Assembly: GCA_030265395.1 (NCBI GenBank)
Contig: JARFYF010000002.1
Span: forward strand, 69,148,620 to 69,212,545
Reading direction: 5' to 3'
Source of the DNA: Rhina ancylostomus
Lineage: Eukaryota
DNA length: 63,926 nucleotides
The translations under genes were made by a program, and so were the position numbers. The notes below the pieces were generated by a model, which was not told where the DNA came from, made no database searches, and saw only the letters and a list, made by a program, of their open reading frames with translations. This document shows positions 24,585 to 38,533 of this stretch, one piece after another. The stretch's first letter is position 1. Every line of letters starts with the position of its first letter.

Positions 24585-26202
24585 CTAGGAAAAGAAAAAT
24601 ACATTCATCTATAATGCTTCAATATAGGGAGTGGTTCAGTGATACCACACTGGTGGTGTTCAATTGCACCAGAGAGTAATAGAATGCAAGTTCCCATAAC
24701 ATTTGAGATCATAATCTCACTTTCATTGGGAAGAATCAGAGCAGAAAATGGAGATGGTGAAGACAAGAATATCAAAAAGCAATAGGAGATAGATTTAAAA
24801 TACTTGAAGTAATCTTTTCTACAATCATTATCCAAAAATATTATTTGCTATCACCTACCTACTTACCCATTCAATATCACAATAGATGTGAATAAGTGTT
24901 AATGAAATAACAAATTAGAAAAAAAATTATATGGTGAGATTATAGTCAAGTTAACAAAGAAAAACCAGCCTTGTGCATACATTTCAAATTAAGCAACTAT
25001 TACAAGTAGAATAAATGGGTCTTAATAAAGTCAGAGAGTGCCCCCTGCTGGATTTTTAAATCCTATATAGGATGCTACATATTTTCACTAAAATAGGGAA
25101 TTTTAGAGATAGCAAGGACACTTTAAAACAATGCATTTTGCAACAGCATCACAAACCCCTTCAAGGTACTTTCTCTGGTATATACTAACAAGAACAGCAA
25201 AAAGTAGTCCAGTTTAATGTCATGAAGTGTAACACAAATACAGAAGCATATTCTCAGTACAGATGCAGACTAGGTTGAGGCTTAAAAGCAATTTTTTTTA
25301 AAGATCAGAGACAAATCTATTGCTAGTTAAGGTTCTTCTACACAAGAAGAAAGAACACTCAAGTTATTTACTCCATTGTCAAATGAGTACGTTTACACAT
25401 GAAAGATTAAGTAGAAGAGATGGGAGGCTATATCAGATGAATACCACAGAAGCATAAAAGCAATTTGGTATTTGGATAAAAGACTAAATAGCAAGAAGAA
25501 AAATGAAAAGGGCATAAAGAAAACCAAGATATCAGATGTCAAAGTGCAACTTGAGCACCAAATATAGATCTCAGAACCCTAATTTGATTCAGTGACTAAA
25601 TCCTCGGTGCACAGAATTAAAAATGATTACTGTGTTATTTAGGTTCATGCATTTTAAGTTCTCCAATTCTGGCAGTGCTCTCATATCTACCTGTACTTAG
25701 ACTTAAATTTAAACAGAATACTTATACAGAACAGAAGGAATAAAAAAGTAACGTGAAGATGAAAATCTCGACTAATACAATTAGACCATCTACAGTACTA
25801 AAAGATACAGGGTAGACCCAGCTAACCTTATTGAAGCTGCATAAGGCTTTGTTTAGTGCATTACCAATGCATGTTTAAAATTGACCACCTCTATATAAAT
25901 GTTTCATATATGACCAGTAAGCAGGGGATTAAAAAATTTTTTGCTATACAGTGCTTGATTTAATTGGGCTGTTCAATGGGGTGTACCCCAACTGGGTTGA
26001 AGAGAGTTTAAACTAAATTGGTAGGAGAGTGAATAATGGTAGAAGAGGAATGAAATGCACAAAGGAGTGAGAGTGTAAAATAATACTAAGCAGCAGCAAT
26101 TAATTGGGAGCATATTCTGAGAGATGACAATGGATAAAAGGTGGGTTTAGAATGCAAAAAATGTGAATAACAAAAAGGTTTATGAGCTGTAAAAATAAAC
26201 AG

Positions 26203-26460
26203 TCATAGATTCATACAGCACAGAAACTGGCCCTTGGGCCACCAACCATCCACTTACATTCACCCCAATTTTTTCTTCCCACATGCTGATCAACTTCCCC
26301 CAGATTCTGCCATTAGGGACAATTTAGAGTGACTAATTAACCCACCAATGCAAATCTTCAGGATGCAGGAGGAAACACACACACTTGCAGGGAGAACGTG
26401 CAAGCTCCCCACAGACAGGGCCAGGTCAGGACTGAACCTAGTTGTGCAACAGTATGATGC
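26203..26460 (-). mobile_element. HE1/V-SINE
   Basis: CR1-like tail catacagcacagaaactggccc and V-domain gggagaacgtgcaagctcc. Confidence 0.7.
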
Positions 26461-26771
26461 ACAATAACAAACATGACTCAAAATAAAAAAGGGCAGAAAT
26501 GGCACCTATAGGGTAGATCGTGCAGATAGCCTGCCAAAAGGACCACAGACAATCACAGGATATCTGCTGGTGAGCATCAGCACCTTCTGTCTCTGAATTC
26601 ATTGAGTCCTGAGGCAATCTATAATCACCCAAGATGAAGGGAACAAGTGCACCATATCTGGTCCCCAAAACTTTATGCCAGTCATAGCAATGGATGTGTG
26701 GTTTTAAGTTATCATTCAAATTTTTATTAAATGCTGTAACTGCTTCTAAACATTTCCAACCATTAGAAATA

Positions 26772-27080
26772 AGTGGCACAATGGCACAGCTAGTAGAACT
26801 AATGGCTCAGAGTTCCAGCAATTGGGTTCAATCCTGGCTTCTGCTACTATATGGAGTCTGCATGTTCTCTTTGTGACTGCATGGGTTTCCCCACCTGTTC
26901 TCTGGATTCCTCCCACACTCCACCAAGATGTGTGGGTTGGTAGGTTAATTAGCCACTGTAAATTGGCCCTAAGTGAGTGGTAGAATCTGAGGGGAATTAA
27001 TGGAAATGTGGGGAAGATAGAACTGTGAGCTTCATATTGCATAGACTCAGTGGGCTTAGTTCCATGCTGTATACCTCTGT
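26772..27080 (+). mobile_element. HE1/V-SINE, near full length
   Basis: A-box tggcacagct.g, B-box ggttcaatcc, V-domain gcatgttctc..tgtgactgcatgggtttcc, ctgtaaattggccct, CR1-type tail. Confidence 0.8.
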
Positions 27081-27159
27081 GGCATTTGGAAGTAGTGAAA
27101 GGATCTTCAGAAGAGAAAGCGCTGTCAAAAGGCTATCATGGTGGTCCTTGGGCCAATCC

Positions 27160-27900
27160 TGGAATTTAAGTGCAAAGTAATGCACTTTGGGAAGCTAAAC
27201 CAGGGCACAGTGAATGATAGGGCCCAGAAGAGTGTTGTAGAACAGGGAGACCTAGGGATATAAGTACATAGTTCCCTGAAAATTATGACACAAGTAGATA
27301 GGTACAGCATTGCCTGCCTTCATCAGTTTGGGCATTAGGTACAAGAGTTTGGACATCATATTACAGCTGTGCAAGATGTTTCTGAAGCTGCACCTGGAAT
27401 ATTGTGCAGTTCTGGTCGCCATACTATAGGAAGGATGTGATTAAAATAGAGAGGGTGCAGAAAAGACTAGTGGGGATGCTGTTAGATGGGAGGGCTTAAA
27501 TTATGAGGACATAGCTTAGGGATTGTATTCCCTGGAGCAAAGGAGGATGTGGGGTGACCTTATGGGGGGGGGGGCATTAAAAGAATTGGATTGCCAGTCT
27601 TTCTCCCAGAGCTGGGGAGTCTAAAACTGGAGAGCATAGGTCTAAACTGAAAATGAAAGATTTAAAAGGGGACCCAAGAGACAAGTTTTCCCCACACAGA
27701 GGGTGGGAAGTATATGGAATGAGATGCCAGACAAAGTGATAGAAGAGGGTACAATTACAGCATTTGAAAGATATTTGGATAGGAAAGGTTTAGAAGGATA
27801 TGGGTTAACCTGGACTAGTTCAGGAAGACACCTTAGTCAGCATGGATGGGTTGGGCCAAAGGGCCTGTTTCCTTGCTGTTCAAACTCTATGAATCCATGA
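27160..27900 (+). mobile_element. CR1 (HER1-like) LINE 3' part
   Basis: KCKVMHFG; HLEYC..FWSPYYRKDVIKIERVQKR; SIWNEMPDKVIEEGTITAFERYLD; tail gggccaaagggcctgtttcc...ctctatga. Confidence 0.85.
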
Positions 27901-28539
27901 TTTTGGAATGACCATGGTGGTTAGACCTTGCAGTTATTGGGAGCCCTGCAGCTGCAATAGATTATTGCAGATCCAGGGCTAATGTGAGTGAGGGGGTGAG
28001 TGTAGACAGGCTCTCGTCCAAACCAAGCCCATATTCTGGATACAAGGTGTTCACAGAAGATAGTGAAAGAAAACGTGGAAGAAATGTTGTCAGAGAGAGG
28101 TCAGATTGAAGTTATATTGCTTAGAAATGTCATACAGAATCCATCTGGTTAGAGATAAGAACCAGCAGGGAGTTATCAGATTATTGAGAAATTCTGTGCC
28201 ACCAAATAATGAGGGATTCAGCAGCACATTGCAGGAAAAAAAAAATCACCCAAATGTCCAATAACTGGTGATATTGGAGAACTTCAATATTAATTGGGAT
28301 AATATTACAATAAAGAATAAGAGAGGAAGAGCTTTCTGAAATGTGTTCAGGATAACTTCTTTCATCAGTAAGTTTTCAGCCAACTAGGAAGGAGGTTCTG
28401 ATTACATTTGATTTTGGGAAATGAAGTGGTCCAAGTGGGCTTTGTAGCAATGGAAAAAGACATTGGGAAAATGCAATCAGATGCTGGTGTTTTGGATTAA
28501 TAACGAAGAAGGACAGAAAGGACTATAGTAGTAGAAGTA

Positions 28540-28700
28540 ATGATGCAAAACTAAAAATGTTGGAAATACTCAGCTGATCAGGCAGTATTCATGGAGAAAG
28601 AAAGAGTTAACATTTCAGGCTGATAACCTTTTACCAGATGCCATCTGACCTTCTGAGTTTGCGCAACATTTTCTGTTTTATTTCAGATTAACAGCATCAT
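28540..28700. mobile_element. Penelope-type inverted-repeat element
   Basis: aaaatgttggaaatactcagctgatcaggcag / gccatctgaccttctgagtttgcgcaacattttc inverted arms. Confidence 0.55.
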
Positions 28701-28831
28701 GCTGCTATTGACTCAATTCCATGGAACTCAATTATTGCACATTTTGATGATTTCCTAGAAGATGTCTGCTGGATCCCTCATCATTTAGTAGCACAGAATA
28801 GCTCAGTAATTTGATAACTCCCTGCTGGTTC

Positions 28832-29203
28832 TGTCATGGTTCTGAGTTATGGCCCTCAATTTGGCTCCTTTAATGCCTTGTTGTCCAGCACATGGATTCC
28901 ATGCTGGANNNNNNNNNNNNNNNNNNNNNNNNNNNNNNNNNNNNNNNNNNNNNNNNNNNNNNNNNNNNNNNNNNNNNNNNNNNNNNNNNNNNNNNNNNNN
29001 NNNNNNNNGGTGTACTCTAGAGCAGTCCTGTGTTCTCTATTCCTTTGTGAAGATCCAGTTTGTGTTGGGATTCCTCTTCAGATCTGAGGCAAGATTCCTT
29101 CCAGTTGCTGCCTGTGTTTTTGTCCTGAGGAAGTATCCTGACTCCAGTCTTGTATTGGTATACCGCATTTGGGTTCTGAGTTTGCTCTCAATCAACATTG
29201 ACA
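28832..29203 (+). mobile_element. Solo LTR (Gypsy-like) with 5-bp TSD GGTTC
   Basis: ggttc|TGTCAtg ... catTGACA|ggttc; gcatttgggtt near the 3' end as in fish Gypsy LTRs; contains an N-gap. Confidence 0.8.
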
Positions 29204-29804
29204 GGTTCTCATCTTTTGGAGATAGAGTTAATGGATGGGAGAATACATTAAAGAAGATGGGATGCCCCCTAACTTACTGAAGGTGCTGAGAATGTAAAGG
29301 ATTTTTCCCACATAATCTTGCAAACCTCTCCAAATGCAGTGTACAGTGTAGACCCAGTATGGATTTAAGGCAAATTATGTTTACTAACTTGGTTTAATTA
29401 TTTGAGGTAGCAAAGAATGTATTGAAAGAATGCAGTAGATAAAGTCCACAGGAAAAATACGAATTAGCAAAATTGAATTCCAAAGAATTACAAGTCAATA
29501 GCAGAATGGATGAAAAAAAATGACCTGAGAGCCAAGAGTTTAAAGCACAAAGCAGATAGTGGTATCCGAAGGACTGGTTTTGGGACCACTCTCTCTTTTG
29601 ACATGGACCCAACATGATAGTCCTGTAAATGTAACTTTTCTCTACAATTTCCAAATTAGCAGATGACAAAACAGAAGTGTGAAGAGCAAGGAGAACAGTA
29701 ATAAATTGCCAAGGGACATGGATAAGCTGGTTGAAACAGCTAGATAATGGCAGGTGAAATTTAACACAAGTGTTAAATGAAATTGGATCAGGGAAACACA
29801 GACT

Positions 29805-30345
29805 AGAGTTCAATCCTGAACTGTGTGTCGTGTTTGCATGTTCTCCCTGTGATCATGTGGATTCTCTCCCATATTCCAAAGAAATGAGTTAAGTTAACTG
29901 GCCACTGTAAATTGCCCCTAGTTTAAGATATTTATTGGTCATATGTACATTGAAATACACAGTGAAAATGTCTTTTTGTGTTGCTAAGAATGTGCTGGGG
30001 ACAGCCCACAGGTGTTGCCATTCTTCTAGTGCCAACATAGTATGCCCACAACCTCCTAACCTGTACGTCTTTGGAACAATGGAGGAAACAGGAGCACCCG
30101 GCGGAAACCCATGCAGACATGGGGAGAAGGTACAAAGTCCTTATAGGCAGCAGGAATTGAACTCAAGTTGCTGGCACTGTAATAGCATTATGCTAACCGA
30201 TAGCATCTCAAATGAGTTTGTTATTTGTTCTTCTCACATCTCAAAGGATTAATGTAGAGGTAGTGTAAATGGATGGATGATGATCAGCATGGACTTGATG
30301 GCCCAAAGGGCCTGTTTCTATGCTGTATTTTTCTATGACTCTGAG
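29805..30345 (+). mobile_element. HE1/V-SINE split by an antisense SINE insertion (~29925-30200)
   Basis: 5' half gtttgcatgttctccctgtg...ctgtaaattgcccctag; 3' half gggcctgtttctatgctgta..tctatgactct; insert is the reverse complement of the 21520-21787 family. Confidence 0.75.
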
Positions 30346-32614
30346 GTATATGGAAAAGAGTAAGATTTGAGTCAGAACTATTAAAAGGCAAACAAAAATT
30401 AAGAGCAGAAAGAATATTCACAAAAGGAAGGTACAAAAAAGGAAATGAAGTATAGCGTGGTAGAGATAAAGATACAAACTGTATTCTGCACCTCAGTTTC
30501 ATTAGAAAAGTTTATTTAAAATATACTTTAATACTCCAATATCAATTCCTTCCCTCCCCCAGTTTCATGAGCACAGGCTGAAAGTAAACCATTTCCCAAA
30601 AGTAAAAGCTTTTCTGAAGCTGCTAGTATTCAGAAATATTAAAAAAAGGATATAGGATAACATCAAATGATAACAGCTTTTAATTAAAGAAAATGCTTGA
30701 CCACATGTGATGACCCAAATTATCAAGCACTATTGAAGATGAAAGAATTCAGAATTAATCACAATGCCTCCACTAATAATATAAAACATTCAGGATTGCT
30801 CTGGAATGAGGTTTATGACTTTCATCAATAAAATTGTTCAAAAACAGAGGCAATTAAACTTAACCAAACTTAAATAGGAATCAAACCCATCAAAGCTACT
30901 GAATATCTTTGACATTTGAAATATTCAAATTTCCCTGCCAATTTAATGAACTATGCACAGATCTCTCAGTTCTATCCTTAGAAATTGTTAAAGTAATATT
31001 ACTCAAGGGAATAGAACATTAATTTTTAAACATACTATACATTTTATACCTACATATAAACCTAAGGAACACAGCAAAAGCAAGCAAAAAAATCAGCATA
31101 AATTCAGACATTTACTCATGCCTCAGTAAACTGTAGGAATTTTCAGAGGAGGAAACAAATTAATGGATGAAAGCTATCCAGCAGATAGCTGCATCATAAT
31201 TTTGTGTACAAAGACTAAAGAATGTTAAACCCCACTAAATTAAAAAGCAAAAGGCACATGATGAATAGAAAAAAGTAAATCACCAGTTTAGAGCAGCAAG
31301 TAATGGTGTTCTAGTAATGGTTTGGGTCTCTGCTATTCATACTCATCTCACATAGTAATAAAATTTGATGAATATGTGGTCATGTTATGAGCACAGGGAC
31401 ACTAAGATTCAAAGAAGTCTGCTTCAATTAATTGGATAAATCTAATTAAAACAAGTAGAGTGAAATCTGCACACAGAATGACCTTTTTATATAAAAGAAA
31501 AGGGGGAAATACTCCATTTATTGCAAGTTACTGCAAAGACAAGCAATGACATCATAGGCATATGACAATGACCCAAATTTATCTTTGGGGCAATATCACA
31601 TGCCAACAAAATAATAGCTTTCATTGTAATAACTTGCAGACAAACCAAAAATTGAAAAAGCAGCAATACAAAACTTAAGGCAGCAAATGTCGGTCACAAG
31701 CCGCCATGGGAAATCCAGAGTGATTGACAACCACAAAGCGTCTACTCATTATGAAGCCATTATCAAGAAGGTTAATCAAGAACTAGGATGCCTCTCAAGG
31801 GCAATTAACAAAAGGAACAATCCATTCAAGTCCTGTGCAGATCATGGTGAGACATTTGGAACAGTATGCATAATTTATGGCACACTCTGTAAAATAACAC
31901 TAGTGTATTGCAACTGATCAGACAACAAAAGAATAATTCTTAAATTCTAAATTATAAATTACATTAAGCCAGAGTTTATTGCTAGTGGCAACCTATGCTG
32001 CTGACCTACATTGCAAGTATGAACATGCTTTTTGTGCATTAGCCATTATGAACTAACTCTCCAAAGCTGCCCCAATCTAAAATAGTGTGTACTGGACAAC
32101 CTAGTAATGCTCTCATGCAAGGATCCCAGAGAAAAAAATCCACTCAAAACAGTTGGAAAAACATTTTCCAAATTTTTAATCCTCTGGTTTAAATAGGAAT
32201 TAAACATGTTAATGCTGCTGAATATCCATATACATCAATTGCATTCCCCTCAATGGCCCTCTCTGTTACTTCATCAAAATCTCCGTGAAGTTGGTAGACT
32301 CAATTTTCCTTTAAATTCACGCTGCCTTTCTGTAATCAATCCATTCTTGTCAGAGAACTGCTAATTCTGCCCCTTATTATTTTAGTTACTAAAACGGTGC
32401 TTACTAAGCAGATTACTCGAAGTGGAGAATTAAAGATTTAAAGAAAAGTAGTTTACCTAGACTCAGCAAACACAAAGAATTGAAGCAAATCCCTGCCATC
32501 CATCATCCCATTCAATAATACTTGTAGAAGAGATGGAAAAATTACATTACCATGCCATCATAAAAAAGTATATCCGGTTAGGAAAAGCATTGAACATTAA
32601 AGTAGATAGATAGT

Positions 32615-32880
32615 CCTGATCTCCAGTGCTAACTATCTGGAGTTTGCACATTTTCCCTGTGACCACATGGGCTTCCCCTGGTGCTCCTGTTTCCAAAGAC
32701 ATGCAGTTAGTAGGTTACTTGGTTAGTGTAAATTGCTTCTAGTGTGTAGGTGAGTGGTAGAATCTTGGAGAGATGGGCAGTTCATAGTTCGATCAGTGTA
32801 AATTGGTGCTTAATGACCTGTACAGACACAGTGACACAGAGGGCCTGTATCTGTGCAGTGACTCCATGATTATGACTCGA
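32615..32880 (+). mobile_element. HE1/V-SINE
   Basis: ggagtttgcacattttccctgtgaccacatggg...gtgtaaattgc...gggcctgtatctgtgc..tccatga. Confidence 0.75.
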
Positions 32881-33569
32881 TACAATTAAATGATTTGAAA
32901 TAGGTCATCAAAAAGTGTTACAAGGAAACCAGTTGTCAGCTGCAGAGTTGGTCAGGTTTGAATAGTGGGATTGGGTGAAGAGGTGTTTCATTAGATCAAG
33001 GGTTTGTAGAACATTAAGCTGAGCCTTTGTCCTATATTTAATTTCTTGAGCAAATTCAACACAAGGATATAATCATATAAATTTCAGTTTTAGATATGAA
33101 CCTCTAGCATCTTTTGTTTTTATTGACAGATAATTGTACCCATTCTACAGGAAAATCCAGTCTTTAGACTAAATGTAACAACCTTATTCTGTAGCTAGGC
33201 CACCAAATGTAACAATGTCATTACAGTGGACATTATTAATGAAGTAGTTAAAAAACATTACAAAGAAAGAAGACTGACATGAACTGGAAGACAGTTTAAA
33301 CAAGGTACAGTAAAACCTTATTAGCTGGCTCACATCTTTGGACAGGGCTCCAATGCAATATCCTAACACCCATTTCCAATGAAAGCTACAAACCTTATCT
33401 CACATCTATTTTACCCACTTCAATGGGTAACATGCTTCACCACATCTCTTCTACTCACTTCATTGTCTACCACCCGTGAAGAGAGTGTGAGATGTCTTTT
33501 GAAATTACAAAGCCACAACTGAAGCTCTAGTGTATGGGAGATTAAACAAAGTCAAAAGGAAAATGGTAA

Positions 33570-34300
33570 GCAAAGGGTAGTTCAAGTCAGAATGGCAATG
33601 AATTTTCTAAGTGCATTGAAGGCATATTTCTAGAGTTGTATGTCCAAGAACCAGCATAAAGGAGAGTCAGACTTCATCACTAATCCAACAATAAGGGGCA
33701 TTAATTGAACATCAATCATAATATAATGATTTAAATATTACATTTAAGAAGAAGAAACTTAACAGTTTTTGCTAGGATGTGTGATTTGCCAATTATAATT
33801 TCAAAAGGATGAGATGAAGACCAATGACAGCAAGATGGGATTAGACAAAATTATAGAAGTGGTCAAGAAATTATTTAGGTTAATACAGAATCAACATATA
33901 TCCTGAATAGGACCTCCACTTATCAAATAAAACATTATGGTCAATGGAAGCAGTAAGAGATTACATGAAATTAAAGGAAAAGGAATACAAATGTGTAAAG
34001 AATAATTTAAATTCAAGCGATCAGAAAGACAAAGAACAGCAAAGAGAAAAGAAATAGATCAAGGGCTGCAAAAGCAAAAGGGAATAAGAAAAATAAACAA
34101 GCAATATCAAGATTAAGAGTGTTTGTACAATTATATTAGAAGGAAATGATTGTCATTGGAAATAACAGACAAAGGTAATGCTGTGAACTTAAATAAGAAA
34201 ATAGAGAATTTGTTCAATGACTGTCAGTAGAGGAAGCAGATAATAAACCTGACATTCTCAAGAAATTAATAATGAATCAAAGCACTGGACCACACAAGGA
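33570..34300 (+). mobile_element. Highly decayed CR1 ORF2 (endonuclease-RT linker)
   Basis: FLKCIEGIFLELYVQEP-like segment and purine-rich linker typical of CR1. Confidence 0.45.
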
Positions 34301-34373
34301 AAATGAATTACAAAAACAACACTTAACTCTAACATATCTTACTGTGCTAATGACCTCATAAGCACCCCTATTA

Positions 34374-34411
34374 GGGCATACAATAAATTATTGGGCATAC
34401 AATAAATTATT
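34374..34411 (+). repeat. Perfect 19-bp tandem duplication (gggcatacaataaattatt)x2
   Basis: Direct reading: 34374-34392 is identical to 34393-34411. Confidence 0.9.
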
Positions 34412-34996
34412 AGCCAGAAAGTCTGGATATGAATCCTAAAAATAAGATCCCAAAAAAGTCACTGTTACAATAATTACTGAATAAATATTTTTGGGCAAGT
34501 CCTCTGGACAAATAATGTATTTTGTTTTTTAAAAAGCAGAATATTTACTCTTGATAAATAATGATCTATACACAAGTTAAAGCAATAATCTTTCCGTGAT
34601 GTGTTATTCAGAAAAAAAATTGCTCTTTTAAAATCTAAAACATTATTGCATTGCCCACCTGCAACAAAACTGCCCTTTATCGTGTCCACAGTTCTATTAT
34701 TAAAGCACCACAAAGATCTACCTGCAGACTGGTAGACACAACACAGACACAATCTAACGTAACTTGTACACTATCATTCTTATCACTATCTTTGATGCTA
34801 ATATATGTCCACTCAAAATAAGACAAGTCCACACATGCTCCTTCAAGAAAGCAACTTTGTGTTTGATTTTAATAAATGATAATACAATGAGATTGCATGG
34901 CAGCAATTAACATCAGAAAGTGTGCCAATTTGAGCTGGTAAGCCTCAGCTCATCCGCTAAATCCTTATAATTTATGATTTTAAGTATCACACTTAC

Positions 34997-35094
34997 TTTG
35001 ATCAGTGGAGATGCCCCCAAAGCTACTAAAGCCTTAGCTTGCTGATTCAAAATATACTGAAAGCCTTCACAAACATACCATTCACAGCCTTGAT
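34997..35094 (-). CDS. TAF1B: TAF1B exon 4 (DQGCEWYVCEGFQYILNQQAKALVALGASPLIK), 98 nt
   Basis: ttgcag| acceptor, AAA|gtaagt donor; conserved WYVCEGFQYIL. Confidence 0.96.
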
Positions 35095-36519
35095 CTGCAA
35101 CACAACATGAAATGCAGATGAATACATTGCAAGTTCAGATTTGAAAATTATTTATTCATCATTATTCAAAGGAGATCAAATATGGACTTTCATGTGAATA
35201 GATATAACATTCCATCTAAATTCATGCATGTTAAAAGGTTTCCCCTCTTGATCTGGACTGAGGAGGGCCAAGACTGTTCAATTACAAATCTTCCACTAGA
35301 TGTACTGCAGCAATTAAAGATAAATTTAATGTTATTTGCACAATTCAATTTGGACCAATATAGTACACTTTGCACTTATCCTTGCGATTCAAAAGGCATT
35401 ACTGTTACAGAGTGCCCCACTCTTCGTGGAGGTCACCATTGATTAGAAACTGAACTGGATCAGCCACACAAATACTGTGGATAGAAAAGCAGGTCAAAAG
35501 CTGGGTATCCTGTATGATGAAATACTCTCCCTTTGCCTAGATGAATACAGCTCCCATAACTCTCAAGATGCTGGACACCCTTCAGGACAAAGCAGCCTGC
35601 TTGTTTGGTACCCCATCGAGGCCACTAAACATACATTCCCTCCAGCACTGTAGCACAGTCACTGCAGTGGGCACCATCCACAAAATACACTGCAGTTACT
35701 CATCTGGGCTAATCTGAAAACACCAATGAGCTCCAAGAATTTTACCAGCAAGCAGTATTTTTGAAGGTGGCAAATCATTTTTCTGGAAAGGTTTTTAAAA
35801 ACAAATAGGCAGAACTGAATAGGACGATTAAGAATCTGGAATTATGCCACAATTGCTGTGGACTACAGTGTGGAGCATCACTGGCATTTTGCTAATGGTA
35901 TATCATGAAGAGACTTTATTGAAGTTTGCTTCCTTTATAGCAACATACTGAATTTCAGCCTAAAGAATCCTGCACGGTGCAATAGGAATAAAACATTTAA
36001 GTTAACTTCCTGTACTACTGCTATACATTTTATCCACTCCAGTAGTAAACATTTTTCAGTAATTTCAATTTGTGTTTGAGGTACAATAAATGAAATTAGC
36101 TTCTTTCAGCAAACCTTGTATTTACTTTGAAACAAAATGTATTTGTAGCAAATTGCTTGCAGGATAAAGGTACTTAATACCAGAGACAAAATGATGTACA
36201 GTGTGCCTCCAAAGAGTGCTAAAGAAGCCAACTATAACAAATCTCTGATAATCCGCTTTCTGATTATGCCAATAATTTGGCATCTGACTCACCAGGTGAT
36301 ATCTTAACTCTTTCAACTGACTGGGGCCCTGGTTCCAGTGCTCCCTTTCAACACAGGGCTTACTGATAAATTATTATAATACAGTGCAAGTTATTTTTTA
36401 AAAATGAATCCAAATTTCATTGGAATACAAGGAACAACACCTGAAAATCTGCTCGTCCAGCACCATCTAAATCCCAAGCAGGCCCAATTATTGGATATTT
36501 ACTATATTTTGATATTGGA

Positions 36520-36915
36520 GCAAGAAACTGCAAATGCTAGAAATTCAAAACAAAATCAGAAAATGCTGGAAACAGTCAGCAGGTCAAGCAGCATCAGCAA
36601 GGAGAGAAAATTTGAAATTTCAGGTTATGGCCCTTCTCTCTTGCTCTCTACAGAGATGGTTTAACTTTGTTTCAATTTGTTTCTTAATGTTTCTCTTCAT
36701 TCCTCTTCTGGCTTTGTCAGTTTTTAAAAGTAAACTTTGCCATGACAACTTTGGTTGGCACCCTACCATAGATACACTATTTTCTCCACTCCTCCTGTTT
36801 CTGCAACTTTAAACAAGTCACGCTTTTCTTCTTCTGATGAAGGGTCCAAGACTTGCTACATTGACAAATTCCCTCTGCTTTACCTGTCAAGTGCTTTCAA
36901 AATTTGCTACTTTTG
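36520..36915. mobile_element. Penelope-type inverted-repeat element
   Basis: aaaatgctggaaacagtcagcaggtcaagcagcatc arm; opposite arm carries CTGATGAAGGGTCCAAGACTT. Confidence 0.6.
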
Positions 36916-38533
36916 GCTTTATTTTAATAATGTTACTCAATTTGGAAAGTCATCAATTTGATTCCCTTTTCAAACATCAATGGTTTGAATAAAGTTAGAT
37001 TGAGTCTATCCTTTGGCAATTGAGTCATATAGCATGGGCCTGGATGCTTACAACTTTACTTCAAATACATTGGTTCAGGTCACCAGCATTTGGAAAGTTG
37101 ACAAAACATCACATCTCTTTAATGTTCTAAAGGACATGCAAGTTACTTATCCAAGTGAAATCTATTGTGTAATGTCCCTTTTATTCCCCCCACCCCAATT
37201 TTGATGAACAGTATTCATGATTTCCAGTCCATCATATCTGAATCATTTATTCCTTTACTAGGAAAGCACATGGGCTCTTATCAATTTTAGTAAGCAAAAT
37301 GACTGTTTAATCCTGAAGCAATGTGTTTCAGCATACATTTTGTTTATATAGTCATATTAATTCCTATTAGAGCAGGGTTCACTTAAGGTTTCAAATATAT
37401 TCCCACCAAGAATTTTTTTTATATATGGCTAGTACAAAAAATGCAAGGTTCTTCAAATCCAGAAATTTAATAGATGGGTAGAAAGGATTACAGGGAGATA
37501 GGAGCATGCAAACAGAAGTTGACAATTTTCAGCAGAGTATAGAGTAGCTGAAAGCTCATCAGTATTTTGTTTATAGTACTTAGACATATAAATTTAAATT
37601 GCACCGCTGAAGGTTAAACATAAATTTTCAATAAAAGAATTAATCTGATGGAATGATTCTAGTGAAGTAAAATCTCCCCAGCCTTCACATAGCCATTTAT
37701 GTTCAGTTCTGATCATCATTGCCGTAAAGTTGAAAATCTCATGGCGATTAAATCATACGTGATGTGATCTATTATGCTATCTTTGTATATTGATTCAACA
37801 GATACATGGGCCACATCTGATCAGTGAGCTTCCATTCATTAGCAAGACCCAAGTAAAACAAGGTCTCTCCAAGTACAAATGGCTGTGGCTGGCTATGTTC
37901 TCAGATAGGCTTTGATATCTAGTGAGACCCCAGCCTAGACTCAAGTTGTGAAAGACTGAAGATTTACAAAAGATTTATTTTTAATTACTACACTAAAATT
38001 ATTCATATACACTCTAACACAAATATATTTAAATTAACAGAATTAAATAATGATTTAACATTCTCTAGATAGCTGATTTTATCATCAAAATCAACAGTTA
38101 TAATGGGCTGACGATATTAGTGGCAAGTTAAGCAGACAAGTACAGTAGGCAGGACTTCAACCTGCATGCAGGAAATCTGAGCTTCTGCACATTTAAGTGC
38201 TGTTAAGCTGTTCAAAACATTTGATTTGCAAATATATTTCACTACTTCCCATTAAATCACAATAGCCTCCTCCAAGATCTTACCTTAAGCAAGCAGCATT
38301 GATCTTAAAAATCTTTTTCCACGTATGCTAATTTGACATGAAGCAATTCAGCCCGAGATAAAATGACATAAATACATAACTAGAAACATTCTACATGCCT
38401 TACCTTATTCATAAGCTTCTAAATCTATGGAGAAATCTTTCCCAAAATGTTATGCTAAAGCAGAAATCAAATGCAAGCTGACAAACAAAAGAACTCAGAT
38501 TATAAGACTACATGATAGAGAATCTACACCCAC

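Noticed and set aside
26772-26850. tRNA-like A/B boxes (also 21520, 53490, 62900)
   Set aside because: These are SINE heads continuing into SINE bodies; no full cloverleaf
37555-37725. Possible intronic C/D snoRNA (minus-strand ATGATGA ... CTGA)
   Set aside because: Box spacing is poor; no terminal stem or recognisable rRNA guide
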